Below, one piece after another: positions 31,171 to 41,329 of a stretch of DNA of 64,000 bases. Within the stretch, counting starts at the first letter, position 1, and every line of letters begins with the position of its first letter. Both the position numbers and the translations under genes were made by a program. The stretch is from positions 9,256 through 73,255 of the forward strand of contig CASEYK010000016.1 of NCBI GenBank assembly GCA_949292105.1. Direction: 5' to 3'. The DNA is from an uncultured bacterium. Its GTDB lineage: Bacteria; Bacillota_I; Bacilli_A; RFN20; CAG-826. The notes under the pieces were generated by a model, which had not been told where the DNA came from, searched no databases, and saw only the letters and a list, made by a program, of their open reading frames with translations.

Positions 31171-32418
31171 ATGGTCAAGAAAGATTTATCTATTACTTTT
31201 ATGGGAGTAAAATTCCCCAATCCATTTTGCTTAAGCGCCTCGCCTGTTGGCAATTGCTACGATATGTGTGCAAAAGCATACGATTTAGGCTGGGGTGGCG
31301 TCGTTTTTAAAACCATTGGATTTTTTATTGCCGATGAAGTTTCGCCTCGTTTTGATACCCTTTCAAAAGAAGCAGAGCCATTTGTTGGTTTTAAGAATAT
31401 GGAACAAATAGCAGAGCATCCTCTTAAAGACAATTTGGCTGACATCAAGCGTTTGAAACAAAATTATCCTGACCGTGTTCTTATTTCATCAATTATGGGT
31501 GCAAATGAGAAAGAGTGGGAAGAATTAGCTAGACTTTCAGAAGAAGCAGGTGCGGATATGTTGGAACTCAACTTCTCCTGCCCTCAGATGACTTCTCACG
31601 CCATGGGAAGCGATGTTGGTACTTCTCCTGAATTATGTGAAAAATATTGCCGCGCAGTCCGACGAGGATCAAAATTGCCGTTTATGGCGAAAATGACACC
31701 TAATGTCACCGATATGTGTCCTGTTGCTATCGCGTCGATGCGCGGTGGAGCAAATGGCATCGCCGCAATTAATACAGTCAAATCGATTTGTAATATTGAT
31801 TTAGATAAAAAGATTGGCCTTCCAATCATCAATGGCAAATCATCGATTTCTGGATATTCTGGCAAAGCCATCAAACCTATCGCATTACGCTTTATTCAAC
31901 AAATGAAACAAAATCCAGAATTAAAAGATGTCGAGATTTCAGGCATCGGTGGAATTGAAACTTGGATTGATGCCGCTGAATTTATTTTGCTCGGCTGTAA
32001 AACACTGCAAGTGACAACTGGCATTATGCAGTATGGATACCGCATTGTCGAAGATATGAAAAACGGCCTTATGCACTATATGGAAGAACAAGGCGTTGAT
32101 CATCTTGAAGACTTAGTTGGCCTTGCTAATAAAAATATTATTCCAGCGGAAGAATTGGACCGCGATTATAAAATTTATCCATCTATTGATCTCGATAAAT
32201 GTGTCGGCTGCGGGCGATGTGTTATTTCATGCTATGACGGTGCTCACCAAGCGATGGAGTGGGATGAAGAAAAGAGAAAACCACACTGCAATGAAGACAA
32301 ATGTGTTGGCTGTTTGCTCTGCGGCCATGTCTGTCCAGTCAGCGCAATTACAAAAGGTAAAATTGTTTTTAAACCAGGCCGAGATAAAAACCGCCACATC
32401 AAAGATTTAATTGTTTAA
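31171..32418 (+). CDS. preA: NAD-dependent dihydropyrimidine dehydrogenase subunit PreA (DHOD-like TIM barrel + 2x[4Fe-4S] ferredoxin)
   Basis: DHOD family core followed by a C-terminal [11 protein letters not shown]....[12 protein letters not shown] ferredoxin. Directly downstream of preT, as in E. coli. Confidence 0.75.
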   Translation: MVKKDLSITFMGVKFPNPFCLSASPVGNCYDMCAKAYDLGWGGVVFKTIGFFIADEVSPRFDTLSKEAEPFVGFKNMEQIAEHPLKDNLADIKRLKQNYPDRVLISSIMGANEKEWEELARLSEEAGADMLELNFSCPQMTSHAMGSDVGTSPELCEKYCRAVRRGSKLPFMAKMTPNVTDMCPVAIASMRGGANGIAAINTVKSICNIDLDKKIGLPIINGKSSISGYSGKAIKPIALRFIQQMKQNPELKDVEISGIGGIETWIDAAEFILLGCKTLQVTTGIMQYGYRIVEDMKNGLMHYMEEQGVDHLEDLVGLANKNIIPAEELDRDYKIYPSIDLDKCVGCGRCVISCYDGAHQAMEWDEEKRKPHCNEDKCVGCLLCGHVCPVSAITKGKIVFKPGRDKNRHIKDLIV

Positions 32419-32441
32419 TCTCATCAAAAACTGTGCAAAAA

Positions 32442-32482
32442 CCCTCCAAAATTGTTGAAATTGGAGGGTTTTTATTTTTTTT
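32442..32482 (+). terminator. Rho-independent terminator after preA
   Basis: CCCTCCAA-aattgttgaaa-TTGGAGGG hairpin followed by TTTTTATTTTTTTT. Confidence 0.7.
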
Positions 32483-32550
32483 CGACGATGAAATTAATAA
32501 AAAATGTCTTTATCCTTTTTATACATCCAGTATAAAGTCTTGACAATTTA

Positions 32551-32579
32551 TTGATAAAAAAAGCAAAAAAAACTAAAAT
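32551..32579 (+). promoter_or_regulatory. Putative sigma-A promoter of the hydCBA operon
   Basis: TTGATA (32551-32556), 17-nt A-rich spacer, TAAAAT (32574-32579). An alternative -35 TTGACA sits at 32540. Confidence 0.4.
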
Positions 32580-32613
32580 AGTTTTGTTATATACAAAATT
32601 GTAAGGAGAAAAT

Positions 32614-33105
32614 ATGGCTCATTTGCAACCTCAATCGGCAAAACGCATTGCCGAAATCGTCTACCGTCATAAAGATGAACCAACCCCTTTAATGGTAATC
32701 CTTTCAGAGATTCAAGGTGAGTTTGGATATATTCCTCTTGAAGTTCAAGAACTCGTATCCTCCCTCATCGATGTTCCTGTTTCGGAAATTTATGGCGTTG
32801 TTACATTCTATTCTTTCTTCTCGTTGGCACCAAAGGGCAAATATGTCATTGGTGTGTGCCTTGGCACAGCTTGCTATGTAAAAAATTCACAAGCTGTTTT
32901 GGACAAATTTGGAGAAATTCTTGGTATTGAACCAGGACAATCGACTGATGATGGCTTGTTTACGCTCGATATTCTTCGTTGCGTCGGCGCGTGCGCATTG
33001 GCTCCAGCTGTTTCTATTAACGGCAAAGTGTATCCGATGGTGGATCCGTCTCAGTGTGAAAGCATCGTCCGCGAATATCGAACAAAGGAGGCTAGTAATC
33101 AATGA
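32614..33105 (+). CDS. hydC: [FeFe]-hydrogenase subunit HydC (NuoE-like 2Fe-2S thioredoxin-fold ferredoxin)
   Basis: C..C....C...C cluster pattern (GVCLGTACYV ... CVGACALAP). Its TGA stop overlaps the hydB ATG. Confidence 0.8.
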   Translation: MAHLQPQSAKRIAEIVYRHKDEPTPLMVILSEIQGEFGYIPLEVQELVSSLIDVPVSEIYGVVTFYSFFSLAPKGKYVIGVCLGTACYVKNSQAVLDKFGEILGIEPGQSTDDGLFTLDILRCVGACALAPAVSINGKVYPMVDPSQCESIVREYRTKEASNQ

Positions 33106-34976
33106 GAAAGATTAATAGTGAAAAAGACTTACTAGACCGCGTTTCGCATTGTGCGGAATGCATCAATAAAAAGTTCCACGCCAAAGACGGAACGCGCGCT
33201 ATTGTTGTTTGTGGAGGAACAGGATGTTTATCCTCAAACTCTCAAAAGATTTTAGACCGCTTCCAAGAATTGATTGAAGAAAAAGGGCTCAGCAAGAAAG
33301 TAACAGCTAATATTGTCGGCTGTTTCGGATTTTGCTCGCAAGGGCCATTCGTTAAGATTTTCCCAGAAGAAACTTTATATACAAAAGTGAAACTTGAAGA
33401 TGTTGATGAAATTTTTGAAAAGGATATCATTGGCGGGGAAGTGGTTGAGAGACTTCTTTTCCTTGACCCTGTTGAAAAAGTTCGCGTTCGCAAACAATCA
33501 GATATTCACTTTTATAAATTGCAAAAAAGAGATATTGCCTTAAGAGGCAATGACCATATTAATCCTGAATCATTAGAAGAAGCTCTTGGCTTTGAAACTT
33601 TTGTTGGACTCAACCGCGCTTTACATATGAGCCAACAAGAAGTTATTGATGAAGTTCTAAAGAGTGGTCTTCGCGGCCGTGGTGGAGCTGGATTCCCAAC
33701 CGGCCGTAAATGGCAATTCGCCCATGATGTTGAAAGCGATGAAAAATATATCATCTGTAATGGTGATGAAGGCGATCCAGGTGCTTTTATGGATCGTTCT
33801 ATTATCGAAGGCAACCCGCTAAATGTTATTGAAGGTATGATGATTGCTGGATATGCTATCGGGGCTAAAAATGGATATTTTTACATCCGTGCTGAATATC
33901 CAGTTGCCGTGTCTCGTCTTGAAAAGGCGATCAAATTATGTGAAGATGCCGGCTTATTAGGCGATCATATTTTAGGAACTGAATTCTCATTTAGATGCCA
34001 TATCCGACTCGGTGCTGGCGCTTTCGTCTGTGGTGAAGAAACTGCTCTTCTCAATTCGATTGAAGGCAAACGTGGCATGCCTCGCCCGCGTCCTCCTTTC
34101 CCAGCTATTAAAGGTTTGTGGGGCAAGCCAAGCGTTATCAACAATGTTGAAACTTTAGCTAATGTCCCTTACATCTTGCGTGAAGGGTGGGAAAAATATG
34201 CTTCAATCGGTACAGAGAAATCCAAAGGCACAAAAGTGTTTGCTCTCGGTGGCAAAGTTAATAATGTCGGTTTAGTCGAGGTACCGATGGGAGTTACCTT
34301 GCGACAATTAATTTTTGATATTGGCGAAGGTATTCCTCATGGCAAAAAATTTAAAGCTATTCAAACAGGCGGTCCTTCTGGTGGATGTTTAACTGAAAAA
34401 GATTTGGATACGCCAATCGATTACGATTCATTAATCGCTCGCGGTTCAATGATGGGTTCAGGTGGCGCCATCGTCATGGATGAAGACAACTGTATGGTTG
34501 ATGTTGCGAAGTTCTATATGACTTTTATTTGCGATGAATCGTGCGGTAAATGTACACCATGTCGTATTGGAACTAAACGCTTGCTTGAAATATTAGAAAA
34601 AATTACTGATGGGCGAGGAACAATGAAAGATTTAGAAGATCTTGAATCGCTCTCTCATGTTGTTAAAAATAATTCTTTGTGTGGTCTTGGTCAAACGGCT
34701 GCCAACCCAATCTTATCGACGCTTGCGTCGTTTAGAAATGAATATTTGGCTCATGTTCAGGAACATAAATGTCATGCCCATGTCTGTAAGAAACTTGTTG
34801 AATACTACATCGATCCAGGCAAGTGTAAAAAATGTTCACTATGCGCGAGAAATTGTCCTGTTCACGCCATCAGCGGTGAGGTTGGCAAAACGCCGTTTAT
34901 CATTGACACAACAAAATGTATCAAGTGTGGCGCTTGTATGGCTGGATGCCGCTTCGGCGCTATTGTAAGACGCTAA
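33102..34976 (+). CDS. hydB: [FeFe]-hydrogenase subunit HydB (NuoF-like NAD(P)H/FMN subunit with an N-terminal 2Fe-2S and C-terminal 2x[4Fe-4S] domains)
   Basis: GLRGRGGAGFPTG FMN site and NuoF 4Fe-4S. An extra N-terminal thioredoxin-like Cys cluster and C-terminal CKKCSLCARNCP / CIKCGACMAGC motifs, as in bifurcating hydrogenase beta subunits. Confidence 0.8.
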   Translation: MRKINSEKDLLDRVSHCAECINKKFHAKDGTRAIVVCGGTGCLSSNSQKILDRFQELIEEKGLSKKVTANIVGCFGFCSQGPFVKIFPEETLYTKVKLEDVDEIFEKDIIGGEVVERLLFLDPVEKVRVRKQSDIHFYKLQKRDIALRGNDHINPESLEEALGFETFVGLNRALHMSQQEVIDEVLKSGLRGRGGAGFPTGRKWQFAHDVESDEKYIICNGDEGDPGAFMDRSIIEGNPLNVIEGMMIAGYAIGAKNGYFYIRAEYPVAVSRLEKAIKLCEDAGLLGDHILGTEFSFRCHIRLGAGAFVCGEETALLNSIEGKRGMPRPRPPFPAIKGLWGKPSVINNVETLANVPYILREGWEKYASIGTEKSKGTKVFALGGKVNNVGLVEVPMGVTLRQLIFDIGEGIPHGKKFKAIQTGGPSGGCLTEKDLDTPIDYDSLIARGSMMGSGGAIVMDEDNCMVDVAKFYMTFICDESCGKCTPCRIGTKRLLEILEKITDGRGTMKDLEDLESLSHVVKNNSLCGLGQTAANPILSTLASFRNEYLAHVQEHKCHAHVCKKLVEYYIDPGKCKKCSLCARNCPVHAISGEVGKTPFIIDTTKCIKCGACMAGCRFGAIVRR

Positions 34977-34990
34977 GGAGGAAAAATAGT

Positions 34991-36757
34991 ATGGCTTTAG
35001 TCAATATTAAAATTGATGGTCAACCCTTTCAAGTTGAAAGTGGATTAACCATTATGCAAGCTGCGAGAAGATGTGGTTTTGTCATTCCTTCCTTGTGCAC
35101 TTTTAACAACGGCGAATGTTCTTTAGCATCGTGCCGTGTGTGTTTAGTCGAAGTAAAAGGTGCAAGAGGTCTTGTCGCTTCTTGTATATATCCCGTTTCT
35201 GAAGGCATGGAAATTAGCATTTGTTCTGAAAAAGCTGTTTCAGCAAGGCGGGCCTCAGTCGAATTACTCCTTTCAAATCATGAAAAGAATTGTTTGCAAT
35301 GTGAAAAAAATACCCACTGTGAACTTCTTGAAGTGGCCAGAATGGTTGGAGCTCGTGAAAATATGTACATCGGTCAAATGACTCCTGGTACAGTTGATAC
35401 TTTAGCCCCGGGTCTAGTTCGCAATACCGCTAAATGTATTTTGTGTGGAAGATGTATCGCTCGATGTACTGCTGCACAAGGCTTAGCCATTTTAGGTTTT
35501 GAAAATCGTGGGTTTAAGACTATTGTCGCCCCAATTCAAAACCGTAGTTTCGCTCAGTCCCCTTGTATTCAGTGTGGACAATGCGTCAATGTTTGTCCAA
35601 CTGGCGCTTTGATGGAGCACAGCGAAATTGAAAAAGTCGACGAAGCGTTTAGACAAGGAAAAAAAGTCATTGTCCAAACCGCGCCTGCTGTGCGCGCTGC
35701 AATTGCTGAAGAATTTGATGAAAAGATTGGCACACCGGGAACTGGCAAAATGGTGGCTGCTCTTCATCGTTTAGGATTCTATCGCGTTTTCGATACCAAT
35801 TTTGGTGCCGATCTTACCATCATGGAAGAAGCGCATGAACTATTAGAAAGAATTAAGAATAAAGGTGTTTTGCCACAACTTACATCTTGTTCACCGGGCT
35901 GGGTTAATTATTTAGAATTCTATTATCCAGAACTTATTCCTTATCTTTCAACTTGTAAGTCTCCTCACATGATGGTTGGAGCCATTATTAAATCTTATTT
36001 TGCTCAAAAACATAATCTCAATCCTGATGATATCTTTGTCGTTTCAGTTATGCCTTGTATTGCTAAAAAGTATGAACGCCAAAGAGAAAATATGATTAAT
36101 GATGTCGATGCTGTTCTCACAACGAGAGAATTAGCTCGTCTTATCAAGCGTGCTGGTATTAATTGGCATCGCTTGCCAGAAGAAGAATTCGACCACGATT
36201 TACTTGGCGAATATAGTGGTGCTGGTGTTATCTTCGGTGTGACTGGCGGAGTTATGGAAGCCGCTTTACGCACAGCTTATTACTGGCTAAGTGGCAAAGA
36301 GTACGAGAAAATTGAATTCCATGAAGTGCGCGGTTTAGAAGGCGTAAAAGAAGCGAGCATTGATATCAATGGTACTGTCATTAAAGTTGCTGTTGCTTCA
36401 GGTATGAGAAATACCAAACCACTTCTTGAACAAATTCGAAATGGCACATCTCCATACGCTTTTATTGAAGTTATGGGTTGTCCAGGTGGATGTATTAATG
36501 GTGGTGGTCAACCATATGTCAAACCGCTTTTGCTCCCTAACGAAGACGATGATATTTTAGAGACATATCGCCAAAAAAGAGCGGCGGTGCTCTATAGCGA
36601 AGACGAAAAACAAGTTATTCGTCAATCGCATAATAATCCTGACATCATTAAACTTTACGAAGATTATTTAGGTAAACCCGGTTCGCATTTGGCGGAAAAG
36701 TTGCTTCACACTTCATATAATGATCACCGCGAAAAATATCCTGATCTAAAAAAATAA
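34991..36757 (+). CDS. hydA: [FeFe]-hydrogenase catalytic subunit HydA
   Basis: N-terminal 2Fe-2S plant-type ferredoxin domain and FS4A/B cysteine clusters. H-cluster signatures TSCSPGW, MPCIAKKYE and EVMGCPGGCINGGGQP. GGAGG lies 8 nt before the ATG at 34991. Confidence 0.9.
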   Translation: MALVNIKIDGQPFQVESGLTIMQAARRCGFVIPSLCTFNNGECSLASCRVCLVEVKGARGLVASCIYPVSEGMEISICSEKAVSARRASVELLLSNHEKNCLQCEKNTHCELLEVARMVGARENMYIGQMTPGTVDTLAPGLVRNTAKCILCGRCIARCTAAQGLAILGFENRGFKTIVAPIQNRSFAQSPCIQCGQCVNVCPTGALMEHSEIEKVDEAFRQGKKVIVQTAPAVRAAIAEEFDEKIGTPGTGKMVAALHRLGFYRVFDTNFGADLTIMEEAHELLERIKNKGVLPQLTSCSPGWVNYLEFYYPELIPYLSTCKSPHMMVGAIIKSYFAQKHNLNPDDIFVVSVMPCIAKKYERQRENMINDVDAVLTTRELARLIKRAGINWHRLPEEEFDHDLLGEYSGAGVIFGVTGGVMEAALRTAYYWLSGKEYEKIEFHEVRGLEGVKEASIDINGTVIKVAVASGMRNTKPLLEQIRNGTSPYAFIEVMGCPGGCINGGGQPYVKPLLLPNEDDDILETYRQKRAAVLYSEDEKQVIRQSHNNPDIIKLYEDYLGKPGSHLAEKLLHTSYNDHREKYPDLKK

Positions 36758-36768
36758 TCAGTAATATG

Positions 36769-36796
36769 AAAAAGCATTGTAGTTCAATGCTTTTTT
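36769..36796 (+). terminator. Rho-independent terminator after hydA
   Basis: AAAGCATTG-tagttc-AATGCTTTT hairpin plus a T-run. Confidence 0.6.
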
Positions 36797-36883
36797 AAAA
36801 TGTAAAACTATTGCTAATACTTATTTTTAAAAACTATATATAATAGAAGAGCATAATTTTTTGAATTGATGTAAAATAAGCCT

Positions 36884-38236
36884 ATGACTACTCTTAAACA
36901 AATTAAACTCTACAATTCTTTAACCAATCGCGAAGAAACACTAGTACCTCTTGAAGAGGGTAAAATTTCCATGTATGTATGTGGACCGACTGTCTATAAT
37001 CGCCCGCATATCGGCAACATGCGACCAATTGTTGTTTTTGATACGCTCCGCCGACTCTTGGAATTTCTAGGATATAAAGTTACATATGTTTCAAATTATA
37101 CCGATGTTGATGACAAAATAATTGATAGCGCCATCAAAGAAGGCGTCAACGAATACGAACTCAGTTCAAGATACATTCGCCATTTTGAAAAAGTTGTTGG
37201 GATGATCGGCTCAAAACTACCAACCATCACACCTCGTGTTACTCAATATATTCCTCAAATTATTCATTTTATCGATGAATTAGTTAAAAATGGCTCTGCT
37301 TATGTGACTGATAGTGGAGTTTATTTTGATGTGAGCAAGGTAAAAGATTACGGATCGCTGAGCGGCATTAGTTTAGAAAATCTTCATGTCGGTGCGAGAA
37401 TTGAAACGAGTGAAGAAAAAAAATCACCTTATGATTTTGCTCTATGGAAAAAAACGGACATTGGCATTAAATGGGACTCACCTTGGGGTGAAGGGAGACC
37501 AGGTTGGCACACCGAATGTTGTGTGATGATTGATTCTATTTTTCCACGACATTTCATCGACATTCACGGTGGCGGGTATGATTTAAAATTTCCCCATCAC
37601 GAAAATGAAATCGCTCAATCTGAAGCGCTCAATCACAACAAAATTGCCCAATTTTGGATGCATAATGCATTCATTAATGTTGAAAATGAAAAAATGTCTA
37701 AATCTCTAGGCAATGTTTTATACCCTGAAGATTTGATTGCTCAATATGGTGGACCAGTTGTTCGACTCGTCATTTTAAGTGCCCATTATCGTCAGCCGAT
37801 TAATTTTAAAGATGAGACAATCAACGCTGCTGTTCAAGAATTCAAAAAGATTGAAACAGTTATTAGGCAAGCTGGATTATATTTACAGCTTCATCACTTA
37901 TCGTTTGAAAAAGCAGATACGGACGAAAGTCTAAATCGTTTTATTGATGCGATGCTCGATGATTTGAATACCGCTAATGCATTAATGGAAGTATATGGTT
38001 TAGTTAAGAAAATTAATGTTTGTTTGAGACAGAAAGAAGTCGATCAGACCGCTCTTATCAGCATGATGAAAAGTTTGATGGTGATGCTCGATATTTTAGG
38101 AATAAATGTTGAATATACAAAATTAAGCCCTGCTGACCTCGAAATTTATGAAAAATATGTGCAAGCCAAAAACAATAAAGATTTTGCACTTTCAGATGAG
38201 TTAAGAAAACAATTAATCGAAAAGAAAATTATTTAA
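36884..38236 (+). CDS. cysS: Cysteine--tRNA ligase
   Basis: HIGN (HIGH variant) and KMSKS motifs, and a zinc-binding C..C region. Confidence 0.95.
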   Translation: MTTLKQIKLYNSLTNREETLVPLEEGKISMYVCGPTVYNRPHIGNMRPIVVFDTLRRLLEFLGYKVTYVSNYTDVDDKIIDSAIKEGVNEYELSSRYIRHFEKVVGMIGSKLPTITPRVTQYIPQIIHFIDELVKNGSAYVTDSGVYFDVSKVKDYGSLSGISLENLHVGARIETSEEKKSPYDFALWKKTDIGIKWDSPWGEGRPGWHTECCVMIDSIFPRHFIDIHGGGYDLKFPHHENEIAQSEALNHNKIAQFWMHNAFINVENEKMSKSLGNVLYPEDLIAQYGGPVVRLVILSAHYRQPINFKDETINAAVQEFKKIETVIRQAGLYLQLHHLSFEKADTDESLNRFIDAMLDDLNTANALMEVYGLVKKINVCLRQKEVDQTALISMMKSLMVMLDILGINVEYTKLSPADLEIYEKYVQAKNNKDFALSDELRKQLIEKKII

Positions 38237-38237
38237 T

Positions 38238-38957
38238 ATGGTTAATGATTCTTTATTTTTCTTTGGTAAGAACCCTTTTAAAGAAGCGGTGAAAAAAAAT
38301 AATGTTGAGCGAGTTTATCTTCAACATGGTTTTATTGATAAAAGCATTTTAACCATCATTGAGCAAAATCACCTTAGTACAAAATATGTCAACGCTCAAG
38401 ATTTAACTAATCTAGCGCAAGATAAACATCACCAAGGAGTTGTATTTCAAGTTAAAGATTATCGTTATTATTCTCTTGAAGAAATTATTTCTGAGGCGAG
38501 CCAAAAAAATCATATGCCCCTCTTACTAATTTTGGATGAGATTAACGATCCACATAATTTCGGTGCCATTTTAAGAAGTGCAGATGCCTTTGGAGTTGAT
38601 GGTGTAATTGTTAAAAAACGCAACCAAGTGTTAATTAATGGAACGGTAATGAAAAGCAGCGCCGGAGCGGCTAATTTTGTTAAAGTAGCTTCTGTAACAA
38701 ACTTAAATCAAGCTGTTGAAAAACTTAAAAAGGCTGGATATTGGATAGTTGCAACCGATGGCAATGCGAAAATGTCATACAAAGAGATAAGATATGATTT
38801 TCCTCTTGCTCTAATCGTTGGCAGCGAAGGTTTTGGCATTTCAACTCTCCTTTTGAAAAATGCCGATTATATCGTAAAAATTCCAATGCTTGGAGAAGTA
38901 AATTCTCTCAATGCGAGTGTTGCAGCGAGCATTTTTCTTGCTCATATAAGAAGTTAA
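38238..38957 (+). CDS. rlmB: 23S rRNA 2'-O-ribose G2251 methyltransferase (SpoU/TrmH family, YacO-like)
   Basis: SPOUT motifs LILDEINDPHNFGAILRSA, LIVGSEGFGIS and VKIPMLGEVNSLNASVAASI. Confidence 0.8.
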   Translation: MVNDSLFFFGKNPFKEAVKKNNVERVYLQHGFIDKSILTIIEQNHLSTKYVNAQDLTNLAQDKHHQGVVFQVKDYRYYSLEEIISEASQKNHMPLLLILDEINDPHNFGAILRSADAFGVDGVIVKKRNQVLINGTVMKSSAGAANFVKVASVTNLNQAVEKLKKAGYWIVATDGNAKMSYKEIRYDFPLALIVGSEGFGISTLLLKNADYIVKIPMLGEVNSLNASVAASIFLAHIRS

Positions 38958-39011
38958 TTATTTTTTATTAGTTTTATATTTTGCTTTCGTTGGCTGAATG
39001 CGAAAGGAAAT

Positions 39012-39635
39012 ATGTCAAAAACTAGAAAACTTCGCGATGAGGAGTTAATTTTTTTGGTATGTCAAGAAAATGAAAACGCTTATCAATTATTGTTTGAAAG
39101 ATACCGCCGCTATTCATGGAAACTTGCTCATTCAATGCACGCGCAAAATAGTTCTTCCGGCATCGACACTTCAGTCTTTCATTCAATTGCAATTTATTGT
39201 TTTCACTGCGCGCTAAAAAAATATAAAACACATTCGAGCAATTTTTATCCATATTGGAAAACAATTTCAAATCGTCAAATGATTGATTTTATTCAAGAAC
39301 AATCTTATCAGTATCGCGGTCAAGTATTTGGTGGTTTTGTTTCACTCGACGCCAATTTTAATGACACATCATCGTTAACATTTGGCGAAATGCTCGGTGA
39401 AGTTGATAAAAATATCGATCGAAAAATAAATTTTGATGATTTAATTAAAATTTTAAAAAGAAATGAGAACCTGTTCAGTGCTCGAGAATATCAAGTCATC
39501 AATCTTCTCATCAATGAACATACAATTAAAGAAATTTCTTGCTCTTTGAATTTACCAATTGAAAAAGTCTATTATCACATTAAAATGATCAAGAAAAAAA
39601 TTCGTTCGCTCAATATTAGACAATGTGTATTTTAA
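39012..39635 (+). CDS. Sigma-70 family RNA polymerase sigma factor, SigH-like by position (after cysS-rlmB)
   Basis: ~207 aa, with a region-2-like segment LVCQENENAYQLLFERYRRYSWKLAH and a C-terminal HTH. Gene order cysS-rlmB-sigma mirrors B. subtilis cysS-yacO-yacP-sigH. Confidence 0.5.
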   Translation: MSKTRKLRDEELIFLVCQENENAYQLLFERYRRYSWKLAHSMHAQNSSSGIDTSVFHSIAIYCFHCALKKYKTHSSNFYPYWKTISNRQMIDFIQEQSYQYRGQVFGGFVSLDANFNDTSSLTFGEMLGEVDKNIDRKINFDDLIKILKRNENLFSAREYQVINLLINEHTIKEISCSLNLPIEKVYYHIKMIKKKIRSLNIRQCVF

Positions 39636-39662
39636 AAAGCATCTTATGATATAATCATACCT

Positions 39663-40478
39663 ATGAATGCCATCGAAATAAAAAACCTCTGCTATTCATA
39701 CGATAAGAACAGTGAAGTGTTAAAAAAGATTGATTTATCGATTAAATATGGCGAGCACATCGCCATTGTTGGACATAATGGTTCAGGCAAGTCGACATTA
39801 GCCAAACTTCTTGTCGGTTTAATTGAAAAAGACAGCGGAGATATTAATATATTAGGTTTGAATCTCGACCGTAAAAATATTCAAGCAATTCGTCAACAAG
39901 TCGGTATTGTCTTTCAAAATCCAGACAATCAGTTTGTTGCCACAACGGTCGAAGATGATATCGCTTTTGGACTAGAGAATCGCTGTCTTTCGTATGAAGA
40001 GATGCATAAAATTGTTCCTGAATTTGCTAAAAAAGTTGGCATGGAAGAATATTTGGATAAAGAGCCTAGTTCGCTATCAGGTGGTCAAAAGCAAAGAGTG
40101 GCACTAGCGGGTGCTCTTTCGCTCGAGCCAAAAATTCTCATTTTAGATGAAGCGACATCTATGCTCGACCCTAAAGGCAAGTCTGAAATAACACATCTTT
40201 TGACTAAAATGAGAAAAAATAATCAAGATTTAACAGTAATTTCAATAACACACGATGTAGAAGAGGCTTATTTGTGCGACCGCGTTTTTGTTTTAAATAA
40301 CGGACAAATTGTTTTAAGCGGTCGGCCTGATGAAGTGTTCGAAAACGGCGAAGAAATTCATAAATTAGGTCTTGAACAACCCCTTCTTTTGAAATTAAAA
40401 AAAGAATTGAAAAAAATAGGAATTGATATTTCAAACGATAAAACTCTTGAGGAGGTCGCTGATTCAATATGCCGATAA
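39663..40478 (+). CDS. ecfA1: ECF transporter ATPase EcfA1
   Basis: Walker A GHNGSGKST, signature LSGGQKQR, Walker B ILILDEATS. Confidence 0.9.
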   Translation: MNAIEIKNLCYSYDKNSEVLKKIDLSIKYGEHIAIVGHNGSGKSTLAKLLVGLIEKDSGDINILGLNLDRKNIQAIRQQVGIVFQNPDNQFVATTVEDDIAFGLENRCLSYEEMHKIVPEFAKKVGMEEYLDKEPSSLSGGQKQRVALAGALSLEPKILILDEATSMLDPKGKSEITHLLTKMRKNNQDLTVISITHDVEEAYLCDRVFVLNNGQIVLSGRPDEVFENGEEIHKLGLEQPLLLKLKKELKKIGIDISNDKTLEEVADSICR

Positions 40479-41329
40479 AACTCGACCACCTTTCGCATAC
40501 ATATATGGTTAAGACGCCGACTCCAACGGCCGCTATTGTCGATATCAACTTGTTGATTGATACACCAAGTTTTGTCGCTTTCGTCGGCGAGACTGGTAGT
40601 GGTAAATCAACTCTTGTTCAGCATCTTAATGCTTTATTGCTTCCGACGAGTGGTGATGTCTATGTCGATGATTTTCATATTGTGAGTAAAAAGCGTAAAA
40701 ACAAGAAAGTCATGCTTTTAAGAAAACATGTTGGATTGGTTTTTCAATTTCCAGAGTATCAGTTGTTTGAATCAACAGTAGAAAAAGATGTAATGGTTGG
40801 TCCCAAAAATTTTAAAGTTAAAGATGAAGAGGCGCTGAAGATTGCGCATAAAGCTTTAAAAGATGTCGGAATCAAAGAAGATTATTATTCTCGTTCCCCT
40901 TTTGAATTGTCCGGCGGAGAAAAAAGGCGCGTGGCTATCGCAGGTATTTTGGCTTTACAGCCTGATATTCTAGTTCTCGATGAACCGACAGCTGGTCTTG
41001 ATCCCAAAGGGGCAAAAGAAATCATGTCTTTACTCGTCAGATTATTCAAACAAGGAAAAACAATCATTCTTGTTACTCACGACATGGACATTGTGATGGA
41101 ATATGCACAAAAAGTATTTGCTCTTCACAAAGGCAAATTAATTTTTGAAGGAACGCCAAACGAATTATTCTCTCATTTGAACGATGAGATGGCTTTAGAA
41201 ATTCCTCCCCTATATTCGCTTATTAATCAACTCAATTCTCGCGGGTTTCATCTCGACTCAGCAAACATTCACAATGTCGAGGATTTTGTGCAAGCCATTA
41301 AAATAGAAAAAGAGGGGCGCCATGAATAA
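40469..41329 (+). CDS. ecfA2: ECF transporter ATPase EcfA2
   Basis: Walker A GETGSGKST, signature LSGGEKRR, Walker B ILVLDEPTAGLD. Confidence 0.9.
   Translation: MPIKLDHLSHTYMVKTPTPTAAIVDINLLIDTPSFVAFVGETGSGKSTLVQHLNALLLPTSGDVYVDDFHIVSKKRKNKKVMLLRKHVGLVFQFPEYQLFESTVEKDVMVGPKNFKVKDEEALKIAHKALKDVGIKEDYYSRSPFELSGGEKRRVAIAGILALQPDILVLDEPTAGLDPKGAKEIMSLLVRLFKQGKTIILVTHDMDIVMEYAQKVFALHKGKLIFEGTPNELFSHLNDEMALEIPPLYSLINQLNSRGFHLDSANIHNVEDFVQAIKIEKEGRHE

Noticed and set aside
36797-36883. Possible T-box leader upstream of cysS
   Set aside because: Only ~87 nt separate the hydA terminator from the cysS start codon, too short for a T-box (>200 nt). No T-box consensus (AATTAGGGTGGNACCGCG) is present.
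39012-39635. Considered calling this gene sigH outright
   Set aside because: Position after cysS-rlmB and size fit SigH. The sequence is too divergent to distinguish SigH from another group-3/ECF-like sigma without a profile search, so only a family-level call is given.
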